A stretch of 64,000 bases of DNA. Origin: Blepharisma stoltei ATCC 30299 (taxonomy: Eukaryota > Protista > Ciliophora). The position numbers and the translations under genes were made by a program. The stretch is from the NCBI GenBank assembly GCA_965603825.1, contig CBFDEM010000054.1, forward strand, positions 186,001 to 250,000. Direction: 5' to 3'. Shown in pieces: positions 12,012 through 24,068 of this stretch (the first letter of the stretch is position 1; each line of letters starts with the position of its first letter). A model generated the notes under the pieces. The model was not told the origin of the DNA, did no database searches, and worked only from the letters and a program-made list of their open reading frames with translations.

Positions 12012-12890
12012 ATGGAAATTGATAACCTTGATACTCAGCTTTTTGCTCAATTCCAATTGATTGCCCAAGACAATGGCCCTCAAAATGCGCTTGGTGGTTT
12101 AACAATCCTCTTCAAGCTCCTTAAGAATATTTCAGAAAACCCTGGCGATCCTAAATACAAATTTATCAAAAAAAGTAACAAAACCATTTCAAGCAAGCTA
12201 CTGAATTTGCGCCACATTTCTGAGGTATTAACCTTAATTGGGTATATTGATAAAGATCAAGATAACTATGAATATGCCAGCCGTTTACGAGAAAGTCTAG
12301 AAATTGTTTTGACTATTTTGGAAGTCTTTAATTCCGAACTAGAAGACTCTTTAAAAACCCCAGAAGACCGCGAGCGTGAACGTCTACAGAAAGAATCTGA
12401 AGAAGCTAGCAAAAAATTCATTGAGAGTTTCCAGTCTGAGAGAGTAAACAATGCTTTAGCAAATGTACTTGGCTCTACATTGAAAACCAAAAGAGGAAAT
12501 ATTCAAACATCAAGCTTAAAAGACGTGAAATTTGTCCTACTTTATTTTTCCGCTCACTGGTGTGGGCCTTGTAGAGCTTTTACTCCTCAATTGACTATGT
12601 TTTATGAAACAGTGAATGCCAATGGAAAGCAGCTGGAAATTGTTTTTGTCAGCTCAGATAGAAGTCAAGAGCAGTTTGATGAGTATTATTCTACAATGCC
12701 ATGGGCTGCAGTCCCTTATTCAGATTCAGCAGCAAGGGGGAGAGCTGGACAAATTTACAGGATCCATGGAATTCCAGCTTTGATTTTGATTGATAAGTCT
12801 GGAGTCGCAAAATCGGACACTTGCAGAGATGATGTGTCAAGAAAAGGCCCAACATGCTTGAGAGATTGGGAAAGAATCCTTAATTCTTAA
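12012..12890 (+). CDS. PUB domain fused to nucleoredoxin/tryparedoxin-like thioredoxin
   Basis: PUB signature KLLKNISENPGDPKYKFIKKSNKTI..LTLIGY. C-terminal LYFSAHWCGPCRAFTPQL..EIVFVSSDR..MPWAAVPY..GIPALILID. Confidence 0.85.
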   Translation: MEIDNLDTQLFAQFQLIAQDNGPQNALGGLTILFKLLKNISENPGDPKYKFIKKSNKTISSKLLNLRHISEVLTLIGYIDKDQDNYEYASRLRESLEIVLTILEVFNSELEDSLKTPEDRERERLQKESEEASKKFIESFQSERVNNALANVLGSTLKTKRGNIQTSSLKDVKFVLLYFSAHWCGPCRAFTPQLTMFYETVNANGKQLEIVFVSSDRSQEQFDEYYSTMPWAAVPYSDSAARGRAGQIYRIHGIPALILIDKSGVAKSDTCRDDVSRKGPTCLRDWERILNS

Positions 12891-12988
12891 TTATTTAGAT
12901 AAATATATAAGGCTTTATAATAGCAATCTTGTGTCTGCGAAAATTATTTTTTCACCTGATAAATTATCAATATTTCCTTGAAAGAAAA

Positions 12989-14368
12989 ATGTTTAACCGT
13001 GACCAACTTAAACTCAAAAGGAATTTTACAAGACAATCCCGAAGAATCAGCGAAATACATCACGAGCATCTTTCCTACGATTTAGATAAAGACCATGACC
13101 TTTTAACACAATTTCAAACCTTCAAGCGAAAATATAGATCAAAACAAAACTCCCCGTATCATTCAGAATACTCATACCCATCAAGCCCTAAAAAAAGAGA
13201 CGCTGCAAGCTCATTAGAAATCAAATCTAAGGAGACAAACCCTAAGGCTGAATCCCCTACCTTTGATTTCACAAATGTCTTAAAAGCAGCCCGATATATT
13301 GAGATGATCCCGCCTGACCGAAGCATTACTCAATTTGTAAGCCAAGATAAGAGCAACAACAGACTCTACAGAGGTGCAAGAATAATTTACAAGCACCAAA
13401 AAGAAGAAGACTCATTAGTTTACAAATACGCAGATTTGGTTAGTAATAAAAAAGAAATTCAAATCGAAAACGATCTCATATTAAAAGAAAAAAGCGAATG
13501 CAATGCGTTAATTGACTCGTTAAAGTATATGAAAGATTTAAAGTTTGTTTTGGAGCTGAATTTTGAGATCGCAAGAGGAAATGAAGCAGTAAGAGAAAAC
13601 GGAGCATTAGGGGATTTTTTTAAGCTGGAAGAAGAATTAAAAAACTATCAATCTCTTGCTATGAAAAATGTATATAATTATTCGTATAACGATTTTATAG
13701 AGAAACTAAAAGAATACAGCAGGATCTTAAGAGATATTTTGAGATCAGTCAAGAGCAAAGGAAGAGATAATGAAGCCGTACTAATTGAAATGCTATGAAG
13801 AACACTTGTTAAATTATATGATTCTTCATTAGTTATTCATGAATTCCATATAAATCAAGTCGTAGAAAGCGCAAAACTTAAAGTAAAAGAAGTACTAGAA
13901 GACTCGAGACAGAAAATTAAGGCACTTGAAGAGAAGCTGCAAGATACCAAACAAAGGCTGGAAGGAGAAATCCAGAAAAATAAAGATTATATTAAAACAC
14001 TGACTTTACATAATAGCGAACTTGAAAGAGAACTCATTAATCAAAATCACAAAATTAAAGACTTAACAGAAATGGACTCAAGGGATCTTTCTTGTGTAGA
14101 AATGTCAAAAATTTTCCAAAAACTGAACCAGTATATATCAGAATCTGAGGACCAGCAAAAAAAGCAGGTCGAAACCCTTGTGAATTTATCACAAGTAATC
14201 AGCCTGGCTGAAGAATTTGATAAAAAACCTATTTTAGTTGATATCGAGATACAAACCCAAGAAGTCATTCAAGAAGCAGAAACAAAAGAAAAACCGAACA
14301 ATTTCCTAACCCCAAGCCCAATGCCGAAAGAAGAAAACGAGTGTTTATTAATTTCCTTATCATTATAA
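12989..14368 (+). CDS. Hypothetical coiled-coil protein
   Basis: ATG 12989; TGA(Trp) 13796-13798 continues in frame into ORF 14072-14368. Confidence 0.7.
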
Positions 14369-14385
14369 ATTAATTGTAATTCAAT

Positions 14386-14994
14386 ATGATATCATCTTCA
14401 CAACAAAAGATTGACCAGCTCCTTGAAAGACGGGCAGCTGAAATTATAGAAATTGAAAATAAATACCAAGAATTACTGAAACACGAATATCTTGCCCGTT
14501 CAGTGGAGCTTAAGAGATCTCCTCACTTTTGAAAAAGAGTCCTTAGGAATCATCATACACTTTCAAAACTCTTTACCTCTGAAGATTGAAACATTTTGGA
14601 ATTTTTAGATGATTTAACATTAGATGAATTTTCGTCGCGAAATAAGGTAAAAACATATAAGTTGACCTTTGATTTTAAGACAAACCCTTATTTCAGCAAT
14701 AATACTTTGTGGGCTGCTGTGAATGATGATGAAGTGAATTATTATTGCGCGTCAGGAATTCAGTATAAAGAAGGATATAATAGAGATAGCTTTGATGAAG
14801 GGGATGAAGAAGCGAAAAAAGACAGTTTTTTTAGGGTTTTTCAAGGTGTACAGGAACAGCCTTCTTTTTGAAACGAAGGCGGGTTTGTTTATGAAGTATT
14901 AAATGGGATAAGAATTGACCTATGGGAAGACCCTGTAAAATTTTATGATAGCCCAGCAGAGTTTACTTCAAATTCATCAAGATTATTTGCCTAA
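14386..14994 (+). CDS. Nucleosome assembly protein (NAP/SET family)
   Basis: With TGA=Trp (14530, 14587, 14869): RSPHFWKRVL..LTFDFKTNPYFSNNTL..SFFRVF..IRIDLWEDPVKFY. Confidence 0.88.
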
Positions 14995-15009
14995 TTAATT
15001 AGTTTTAAC

Positions 15010-17682
15010 TTAAACCTGAGGTCTTGACTGGACAACAAAAACTTTTCCTCCAGCAATGACTCCTTCTATGTCCTGTGGGATTCCATTGAATGCATTTTCA
15101 ACTAAAATTCCAATCTCTCTTAGTTTGAAAATTATTTCTCTGCAGAACCCAAAGTCCGTATACAATCTTTCATTCGCATACGATAGCAGTTGCTCTTGAG
15201 GAAAACTCATTATAATACTATCAAATAGTCCAGCACCCGCAAACTCAGGCAAATCTTCTGAATTTGAGTCAGATCTGAATATATACCCTGACCCTCTCAA
15301 CGCAACTGACTTATTAGGAAAGCTTTCAATTTGATACTCATCACTGTGCTTATTAACTGTAAATGAAAAAGCACGGCCATCAAAAGCGCCAACCAAGGTT
15401 TCTCCAAGCCCAAGCACCAGCTCGCCATATATATGTGATGAATCATTCGTAAATGGATCTTTAGTATGCAAAACATATGCGTATTCTCCTTGAATCACTT
15501 CTTGGCACAGCACAGACATCACTATATCATTTAGAGAAATTCTTGCTTTTACAGTGCTTAAATAAGCCCTTTCATTAAATTTGCTAGCCCAAACCTTTTT
15601 AATTGCGGTAAATGCGGCAGCCCAATCATCTCTTTTTACTCCAATGCTGGATAATTTTTCTTGAATTTCATGTATTTCGTCTTCAGGCATTTCTAGCTCT
15701 AAAATGACTTCTTTTAAGCTGTCCAGGATTTCTACGACCTGCTGATTGTGCTCCATTCCTTGAAGACTCTCTATCAATTTTGTATATCTTTGGTGTCTTT
15801 CTTCATTTATAGGGTTAGAAAGAACATGCTCACAAACCCCATAAGGAAGGGCGACTTGTTGTGGGACTCCAAATTCCTCAGGAAGGCTCCTTCTTAATAT
15901 CGCGCAGTTTGAGGCTTTTGCTCCTGTTTTTCCTTCTCCGAATTGGTCAGCTGTTATAGCGATGGATTCTAAAGGATGCGGCCTTTTTACTTGTGGAGCT
16001 TCATGAGAGTCTGAATGTTCAACTGCAGTAGCTTCTGCTTGCGCTGGCTTTATTGTGATGATTCCTCCTTGAGAGCTTGCAGAAACCCACTGGCCTGCAT
16101 ATTCCTCAATTTTTTTTACTTCTTCTTCATTAAAGCAGACTGCAAGAAGTTTTTTTCCATTTCTCGCCCTTACAGAGACATGGGCTAGACCATCAAGTTC
16201 AGTACAAGAAATGACCCCAAGGACCCCTTCAGGGATTTCTTCTTCTCCAGACACTTTTTTTGATAATAAAATAGTCGGCTCTGTATAAACACTATAAGAC
16301 ACGTCATGAAGCAGTTCAACCTTTACAAGTCTTCCTTGGATTTTTGAAACTGGGCTAATTATTTGCCAAGGTTTTAGTTTTGCAATTCCTCTGAACTGTG
16401 CATCTAATTTTCTCAAGATCATTGAAGGAGCAAAGAAGCAAGACCCTCTTACAGCTTCTTCTGTAAAAAGGTCAATAAAATCTTCCTCAATTTTGCAACG
16501 AGTTCCTATTGCTTGAGCTTTTGGTTGGATTATTTTATTATAAGCGTCTACTGCGATGCCAAGAACTCTGCTTATTCTGTCAGCTGCTGATTTTAGGACT
16601 AAAGCAATGTCACGATTTCCTTCTAAGTTCGCTACATATCTTGATGCTAAAGCTTTCCAATCATTTATGGCTGTAGTGAATTCTGGGTGCTCAGAGGTAA
16701 TTGTAGCGTTATCTAATAATAAATTTAGCTCTCTAATATAATGTCTTGGGGCCATGTCAACATGTATGATTGATTCACATAGTTGTCTCACATAGAGATC
16801 TAAACTTATATCTACATATAAAATTTCTCTATATTGCTGGTGATTTCCTTTATTTGCATGGTAATTAATTTCAAGCCTTGCCCATACAGTTCTTTCTATT
16901 TGTGCTACTTTATCCCAATGATGAAGATTGCTTAGAATGTCATTAACTTTGTTATGCATGCCTTGGGTAAAACAATGGCGAGCATTGTCTATGCTTGTGA
17001 TTAAATCAGCTCCTGAATGGACTGATTTCAAGGTCCTCAAGAAATCTCTGAAGTCATTAATTAAATGAGGCATATAGTCAGGCTGGGTCGTAATCGGCCT
17101 TTCAAATGAGGCTAATCTTTCCCTTGTGATACCATGGTGGTTCAAAACTTCCCAATATTTGCCCATGTTATTTGTTTCCCAGTAAGCTATAGTTGCTTCA
17201 CAAATGCCGATATCGTCAGGAGTTGTGTTGTTATGCAATTTTTGATGCCATTGCTCTATATAAGTTCCTGCTCTTTCGCCAATTCTGTGCTTGTGGATGA
17301 TTTCTAAGATTTGGTCTCTTATTCTCTGCCCATTATCACCACCTCTGCCAAAGCTCCCTAAAATTCCTCGCAATAGCCAGACAGGAGAGACAAAGCCTTG
17401 CTTATTTGCATTGGCAATAAGCTCTGTAATGGTATATGTCAGGTTTTTTTGGTTCCACGCTAATTCTGATGGTTTTGTGTTATAATTTCTTTGCCAGTCT
17501 AATTTTCTCAGTTCTGAATATCTCATCCATACGTAGATTCATGCAAGTCCTTCGATATCTGAGTTTCCTATTCTTCTAAGCCACTGATTGCAGAGAGAAA
17601 ATCTATGCATCAATGTCCAAGAGCCATATTCTGCCTCAGCTCGGCAAATTTCATCTACCATTGCAGCAGCTTGCCCTTCCAT
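15010..17682 (-). CDS. GWD: Alpha-glucan water dikinase (GWD/R1-like)
   Basis: SWTLMHRF..GLAW(TGA 17539-41)IYVWMRY, WQRNYNTKP, EQWHQKLHNNTTPDD, phospho-His motif LAHVSVRARN, and the nucleotide-binding domain IFRSDSNSEDL..FAGAGLFDS..VVQSRPQV. Confidence 0.93.
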
Positions 17683-17908
17683 TTATTTTTTTAATCAGAT
17701 GCAGGTGTCTGTTTAAAGGAAAATTAATGGTTATAGCAAATACACTTAATCATATTACATTAAATTGTAATATCATTTATAATTTTAGATTATTTAAAAT
17801 TCAGTAAAATATATCCTAATAAAATTATTAATAAACATTATCGATAATAATTTGGATTATCAGTAAGGATAAAAATAATTAAAATACTTGCTAAGGAATT
17901 TTATAAAG

Positions 17909-18484
17909 ATGGAAGCTTCAAGTAAGTATCCACTGCAAAGATCTTGGACCCTATGGGAAATGTGGGACACCAGAAACACAGCAAATTTCCTTGAAAACAT
18001 GAAAGGAGTCGGAAAATTCGACACAGTATGGTCATTTTGGCAGCATTGGTCCAACCTCCCTCATGCAGATCCCACATTTCTCTTTGTTGACGAAAGCAAT
18101 ATGCAAAAAAATTTTGAAGGAATGTCCCAGTCAATTGAAGCTATCGGAATCTTTGAACGTGGTATTATCCCAGCTTGGGAAGACGAAGTAAATAAACTAG
18201 GTTCTGATTACTCATTCAAAAGGCCTTACAACCACGACGAAATTAAGAACATTTGGACCCGTTTAGCCTTTGCTTTAATTGGAGAAACCTTTTATTTGTC
18301 TGAACAAGTTACAGGAATAAGAATCGTTGACAGAGGAAAATCCACAAAATACGAAATTTGGGTCAGATATGACTGCAAAGTGGTTGCAGAAAATAATGCT
18401 GCATTTAAAGCAAGACTTCAAGAATTGCTCCCTGAGATTGACTTAAGTGACTGGGCAGAATCTTCTCATCAGAACAGAGTTTAA
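17909..18484 (+). CDS. Eukaryotic translation initiation factor 4E family
   Basis: YPLQRSWTLW, FDTVWSFW, IFERGIIPAWED, ALIGETF, VTGIR, EIWV. Confidence 0.9.
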   Translation: MEASSKYPLQRSWTLWEMWDTRNTANFLENMKGVGKFDTVWSFWQHWSNLPHADPTFLFVDESNMQKNFEGMSQSIEAIGIFERGIIPAWEDEVNKLGSDYSFKRPYNHDEIKNIWTRLAFALIGETFYLSEQVTGIRIVDRGKSTKYEIWVRYDCKVVAENNAAFKARLQELLPEIDLSDWAESSHQNRV

Positions 18485-18518
18485 TATAAACATAAATAGG
18501 TCATTTTATTAGTTAAAA

Positions 18519-19505
18519 ATGAGCTTTTTAAGTGCAAGAAAATTTTCTAGACAAGGCAAAGTTCATGATCACGCCAACAAGATTTTTACTTTTAGAGAAA
18601 AAAATGAGCAGTCCGCCCTAAAACGAATTAGTGCTGACGATGTAGAAAAAGAATTAAAAAAAGTCCAAAGAGAAATCAACTCACTAAATAAAATTGAAAA
18701 AGTAAAGAATAAGCAATCTTCAAGTTTTTTATCACCATCAAGAGAAAAAATCGAACAAATTAACGTAAAATTTATATAGAAACCTACAAATCTTGAAGCT
18801 CCTCCTTCTACAAGATATAATCCTCGGATTAATTTTATTATACCGAGATCTCCAGGAGTTTTATTGAGGTCAGTTTCAAGTGTGAGCAGAAAATCAAAAG
18901 TTTATATCCCAACGTGCATGGATACTGATGATCTTACTTGTCATTATCCTGTAAAAAGTCAGCAGGCTTTAGAAGCAGAAGCTAGCTATGTGGATTTGGA
19001 TGTGCTAAATGAAAAAGTTAAGCAAAAAAGGACTGATGATCTTTTGAATTTGTCGTGGTCACCAGTACCGTCGGTTTCTTTTGATAAGCAGTCGCCGAGA
19101 AAATATAATTTGACTCCACAATGTGACGCCAGGTTTGAAAGTATTAATTATTTCCCTCAAATTTTTTCTAAATATAAAAGCACTCCATGCGTCGACTTCA
19201 ACAAAATTTCACCTAGAAAAGAGCCATACAGATCTCTTTCCCCACCACCTTATAACTGGTCTGACAAAATTATCAAAAAGAAACTAGATACTGGGGCTGT
19301 AGACATGAGCAAAGGGGCAAACCGTTTTCCAGAAGAAAGGTACACAACAGACACGGTCAACCGGCAAAAAGCTATGGACGCTTATAACATGATTCTACCT
19401 AAAACACACACCCCAACCCCAAATTTCGAAAAAGTCACCTCAAGAAAGCGAAATTTGCCTAAAATTAAAGAAGACTATAGAAAGCATATCCACGATTTTT
19501 TATAA
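18519..19505 (+). CDS. Hypothetical basic Ser/Pro-rich protein (possibly ciliary); intron 18765-18779
   Basis: Two track ORFs join in frame by removing a 15-nt intron. Confidence 0.7.
18765..18779 (+). other. 15-nt intron
   Basis: GTAAAATTTATATAG; in-frame TAG. Confidence 0.85.
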
Positions 19506-19527
19506 TTTTTTACTAATCTTGTTAAGC

Positions 19528-19899
19528 TTACTCAATAAATTCCACCCAAAAACTCTTGATTTTCTGAAAATGATCCCCATACTCTCTTGAAATTTCTAAT
19601 GAATTTTCTAGTCTTTTGGCTTTTTGGCTTAAATCTTGTGAGATCCTTAAGCTTCGTTCTGCTTCTCTCTTTTGTTCAAGTGAAAGCCTCTGGATGAGCT
19701 GCTTTAAATCAGAAACTGTGTGGGATAAGTTATCTCGCTCAGATTCAAGCCTGTTAATAGCTAGCTGCATAGTTTTGACTTTTTCTATAAGAGAGCTTGA
19801 AGGGTGTTTGGCTGTGTCGTGGGCTTCAGGAGCAATTGGAGAGGGGTGTGCTGATTCGTGGTTTAATTGAGCTTGCCAAGATTGGGATGAGATCTTCAT
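19528..19899 (-). CDS. Small hypothetical coiled-coil protein
   Basis: 123-aa ORF with heptad character; ends are uncertain. Confidence 0.6.
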   Translation of the reverse strand: MKISSQSWQAQLNHESAHPSPIAPEAHDTAKHPSSSLIEKVKTMQLAINRLESERDNLSHTVSDLKQLIQRLSLEQKREAERSLRISQDLSQKAKRLENSLEISREYGDHFQKIKSFWVEFIE

Positions 19900-19994
19900 T
19901 GTAAAATGAGATCTTTATAAGTTCCATACTTTTTTAGGATTTATCTCAGTATATCATTAATTAAGAATTCTAAAAATAAATGTTATCTAGTTAT

Positions 19995-21461
19995 TTATGC
20001 TGCATAGTAGCTGCTATATCTAAGGTTTTCATATATTCTGTTTATTGCATTCAAATAAGCTGCATCTCTATAATTGATAGCAAATCTGTTTGCAGTTTTC
20101 TGCGTTAATTTGACAGAAGTTGTCATAAGGTCTTCTAAAGCATTATTAACGATATCCAAATCAGACGCAACATGAAGTTCCCCATGTGTGAGTTCTACGT
20201 CGAGCAGTCCTGCAATGAATTTTAATATGGCTTCATTTGACCTCATTTCCCATCTCTTTGTTAATTTACCTGGGCTAATGTGGCCAATATTCTTCACATA
20301 TTCAAAGTATGAAGTGATGACTCCTCCAGAGTTCATTAGAATATCTGGTAAAATAGCCACTCCGCGGTTGTTCAAGAATTCTTCAGCTTTAAGAGTGACT
20401 GGCATATTGGCAGCTTCTGCAACAATTTTGCATTTGAGGAGGTGCATGTTTTCAGAGTTAATAGTCCTTTCTAAGGCTGCTGGGACTAAAATGTCGCACT
20501 CTTTTGATAAGATTTCTTCTGCGTAGGAGTAGGTGTCTCCGCCGTCAAAACCTTTGAGGGTGTGATGTCTATCAAAGTGTTTTTTTAAAGCTTTAATGTC
20601 CAGTCCATCTGGGTTGTATGTGCCGCCGTCTTTTTCTAAAATCCCGACTACTTTTCCTTTTGCGTTTTCAGTGACAAATTTTGAAATATAATATCCTACA
20701 TTTCCAAAGCCTTGAATGATATATGATTTGTTATCTAAATTGTTGGTAAGGCCTAAAGTTTCAGTAAGTTCTAAATCAGATAAAAATTGTTGGAGAGCAT
20801 AATAGAATCCTAAACCAGTCGCTTCAACTCTGCCAGCAATCCCACCTGATGCTTCTGGCTTTCCAGTGACAACTGCAAGCCCTTCAGTATCATTTGGAGC
20901 TAGTTTTGAATATTCGTCCATGACCCATGCCATTGTGGTGGTATCAGTTCCAATATCAGGCCCAGCAACATCAATTGATGGTCCCATAAACCCAGATTTT
21001 GTCAATTCTCTTGCATATTGGCGAGTCAGCTGTTCAAGTTCTGTTTTACTAAGTTTTGATGGATCAACAGAAACTCCTCCATGGGCTCCTCCATAAGGGA
21101 TGTCTACAACAGCCATCTTCAATGTCATAAGAGCTGCAACAGCTTCTACATCTTGTAGCTTCAGACCTGGACTAAACCTGATTCCTCCTTTAAGGGGAAG
21201 TGCATGAATGGAATGATGAGCCCTGAATCCTTCAAAAATATCAATAGAGCCGTCGTCACGCTTGATTGGAATTTGCATTTCTAAAATGTGTGAACACTTC
21301 TTGAGACCTTCCACAAAGGAGCCAGGGATTCTAGTAAAAGCTGAAGACCTGTCTAAAAGTTTGTGGACGTGCTCCTTCATTCCGATATCTCTAAGAACTT
21401 CGCTGTGGCCTAAAGAAGATCTTTTGCCTATAAAAGCTTTAGCAGCCACGTTCTTTATCAT
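19995..21461 (-). CDS. GDH: Glu/Leu/Phe/Val dehydrogenase (glutamate dehydrogenase)
   Basis: KGGIRF, MTLKMA..PYGGAHGG, GPDIGT, VVTGKP..GG..GRVEATG, QGFGNVG, EAANMP, NSGGVITSYFE. Confidence 0.95.
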   Translation of the reverse strand: MIKNVAAKAFIGKRSSLGHSEVLRDIGMKEHVHKLLDRSSAFTRIPGSFVEGLKKCSHILEMQIPIKRDDGSIDIFEGFRAHHSIHALPLKGGIRFSPGLKLQDVEAVAALMTLKMAVVDIPYGGAHGGVSVDPSKLSKTELEQLTRQYARELTKSGFMGPSIDVAGPDIGTDTTTMAWVMDEYSKLAPNDTEGLAVVTGKPEASGGIAGRVEATGLGFYYALQQFLSDLELTETLGLTNNLDNKSYIIQGFGNVGYYISKFVTENAKGKVVGILEKDGGTYNPDGLDIKALKKHFDRHHTLKGFDGGDTYSYAEEILSKECDILVPAALERTINSENMHLLKCKIVAEAANMPVTLKAEEFLNNRGVAILPDILMNSGGVITSYFEYVKNIGHISPGKLTKRWEMRSNEAILKFIAGLLDVELTHGELHVASDLDIVNNALEDLMTTSVKLTQKTANRFAINYRDAAYLNAINRIYENLRYSSYYAA

Positions 21462-21773
21462 TTATAGTTGATGGATTAAAATGAGATAAAAGGAGGATTT
21501 ATTATTGAAAAGATAATATATTTGAAGACGATGCTTGCAAGAAGAAGTCTAAATTTAACTTGATTTTAAAATAATACTACTGGTCAATTATTATCATAAT
21601 GTTATATTTTTCATTATCATTAATTAATAGCTGATTGGTTTTACTTGCCTGAAAAATATATGGAAAATCAATACCTCATAGAGTCTTTATGACGTGATTT
21701 TTATAAATAAGAATGAATAAAAAAAGAAATTAAAGCGTTGATAATATAAATAATTATTTATCATTAGCAAATA

Positions 21774-23303
21774 CTACAAAGTAGATTTCAGTTCATTCAG
21801 CTTTTCAAGTATTTGAGAAGCATTCATTCTCTTCTCAGGAATATAGCTACAGCAATTTGTAATAATATCCCTGATCGCGTCAGGTATAACACTCGGAATA
21901 GGAATAGGTTTTTTCTGGAAAATTTCATAATAAATACAATTTGCGTTCGAACTAGAAATGTAGTTCCAAGGTCGCTTATTACTGAAAAGTTCAATAAAAA
22001 TGCATCCTAAGGACCAAATATCTACTTCAACCCCAATTTCATGCAGCTGGTCTTTATCAAAAAGCTCAGGTGCCATAAATCTTGTCGTCCCAATGCACAG
22101 CGTTGTCTGTGAGTCTTCGCCCCTAAAACACGTCAGCGGCCTTGCAAGCCCAAAATCCGCGATTTTCACGTTATAGGCGTCGTCAAGCTAAATAAAACTT
22201 ACCAAAACATTTTCAGGCTTTAAATCCCTATGCAGAATAGGAGGATCATTTGTGTGCAAATATGCAATACCTTGAGTGATCTGTATCGCAATCTGAAGTC
22301 TTTCACTTAATGTTAGCTGCTTATCCTTCTTTTTATGTAACGCTTGAAACAGTGAACAATTCGGCACGAGTTCAGAAACTAAACAAAAATTCGGCTTATC
22401 TACACAAATTCCCATGAGTAGGATCAAGTGTGGGTGTCTGACCTGATCAAGAATTTGCATTTCTTTTACAAATTTCTGCATTTCTTTAAGAGAAGTGCTG
22501 TATTCAAGCTTGAATTGTTTAATGGCTACATCAGTTCCTCTCCATTTGCCTCGAAACACTTGGCAAGATGATCCTCTATTAATAAGATCCCCAAATACCA
22601 ATTCATGGCTACGGATCAATGGAATTCTTGTGTCTCTTAGCGCTTCTTCTAATAAACTTAACGTAGATTCTTCATGCTCAAACGTGGAAGACCCTATCGT
22701 GCTTTTAGATGTTGAGTCTTTTTTAGGGTTAGAATTTTGTGTTAATAAATCAGATTCTGTGGTTACTTGTCGGCCAGTGTTAGGAGTCCTCACTATTAAA
22801 TCTTCCATTGATAACTGCTCAATTATTTCGTCAGCCATAGGCGATTTGGACTCAATTGCTAAATCACTTGGGGTTTTATTAAATCTGTCTCTGAGATAAG
22901 GCTGTGCATTATATTTAAGCAAAAGTGCGACAAGCTCAGAGCTCCCTTTGTAAGCTGCAATATGGAGAGGGGTTTGCCCATTCATGTCGCTTGTGTTTTT
23001 ATAATTTGGAAACGACTTTTGGTCTCTGAGGAAATAGCGACTCAGTTTGTAGTGGCCTAGGGAGACTGAAATGTGCAGGGGAGTGGAGTTGATGATGGGA
23101 GGCAGCATTTCAGCACCGATATTGAAGAAAATTTGGAATAAGTCTACGTCTCCATTCTCGAGAGCTATTCGTAGGCATGAACGGCCTTTTGAATCTTTTG
23201 CGTTTGGGTTTGCACCGGCTTGAAGATATTTGGCTGCACTGATGCTGTCACCTTTGGAGACAGCATCAAGCAAGCCATAGTTAGTTTTTAGACTGTTTCC
23301 CAT
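21774..23303 (-). CDS. Ankyrin-repeat TKL-type protein kinase; intron 22188-22202
   Basis: MGNS start, ankyrin TPLH repeats, VAIK, HRDLKPENVL|LDDAYNVKIADFG, GTTRFMAPE, DIWSLG. Confidence 0.92.
22188..22202 (-). other. 15-nt intron
   Basis: GTAAGTTTTATTTAG; removal restores the canonical kinase subdomain VIb-VII spacing. Confidence 0.95.
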
Positions 23304-23724
23304 GATTATTTTATTGTTAGTTTTGATGAGGAGCATTGCAATGCTTTAAATGAAAATTCAGGAATTTTAGAAATTTATAATTTCCTAAAGCTGTTGAAGA
23401 CTGATTTTAAAAATTATAAAAAAAACAAAAAGGAAGGGAAGGTTTACAGTCATAGAAAATTATGAGTGGACAATTTATATAATTTTTAAATTTAAAAAAC
23501 TGATAGATTTGGATTTCAAAAATAAAAAATCATCTAACTGTTATTTATATGCAAAATAAATTAAAAAGTCTTTAGTTTTGCAAATAAAAAAGCTATTTCT
23601 CTCACATTGATTTTTGTGAACATATATTTCTTCACTGAATCGCAATGCATTTCTACTTTTATTAATTTTATATACATCGAAAAATCTAATATTTATTTTT
23701 GTAATTATTTGAGCTTCTCTAGCT

Positions 23725-24054
23725 TTATTTCGTCATCCCTGCACACCTTTCTGCTTCTTCTTGTGAGTATGGGACTTCCTTCAGCTCTCTTACCCTCTTT
23801 TTATGAGCTTTATCCTTTTTATGATGCAGAAGAGCTGTATTATCAATAAAATACCTTGCACACTCAATGCAATAGAATTGTCCTTGTCCAGGCAAATCTT
23901 CATCTAAAGGCTGAGATATCAATTTTTGTGCAACTTCAGGCTTTAGATCATGATGAACTTGGTCAATATCTTTATCATAATGCTTTTGCTTTATTGCTCT
24001 ATGCTTTGATTTGTCACCAGCTGTCTTCTTTTTCCTTCTTTGTGGCTGTCCCAT
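23725..24054 (-). CDS. ZNF593: Zinc finger protein 593 / Bud20 (60S biogenesis)
   Basis: KDIDQVHHDL..DEDLPGQGQFYCIECARYF..HKKDKAHKKRVRELKEVPYSQEEAERCAG. Confidence 0.93.
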   Translation of the reverse strand: MGQPQRRKKKTAGDKSKHRAIKQKHYDKDIDQVHHDLKPEVAQKLISQPLDEDLPGQGQFYCIECARYFIDNTALLHHKKDKAHKKRVRELKEVPYSQEEAERCAGMTK

Positions 24055-24068
24055 ATTTATTTATTATA

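Noticed and set aside
19518-19531. Possible 14-nt intron GTAAGCTTAACAAG at the end of the 19528-19899 gene
   Set aside because: Off-consensus length, and splicing would run the ORF into the convergent gene.
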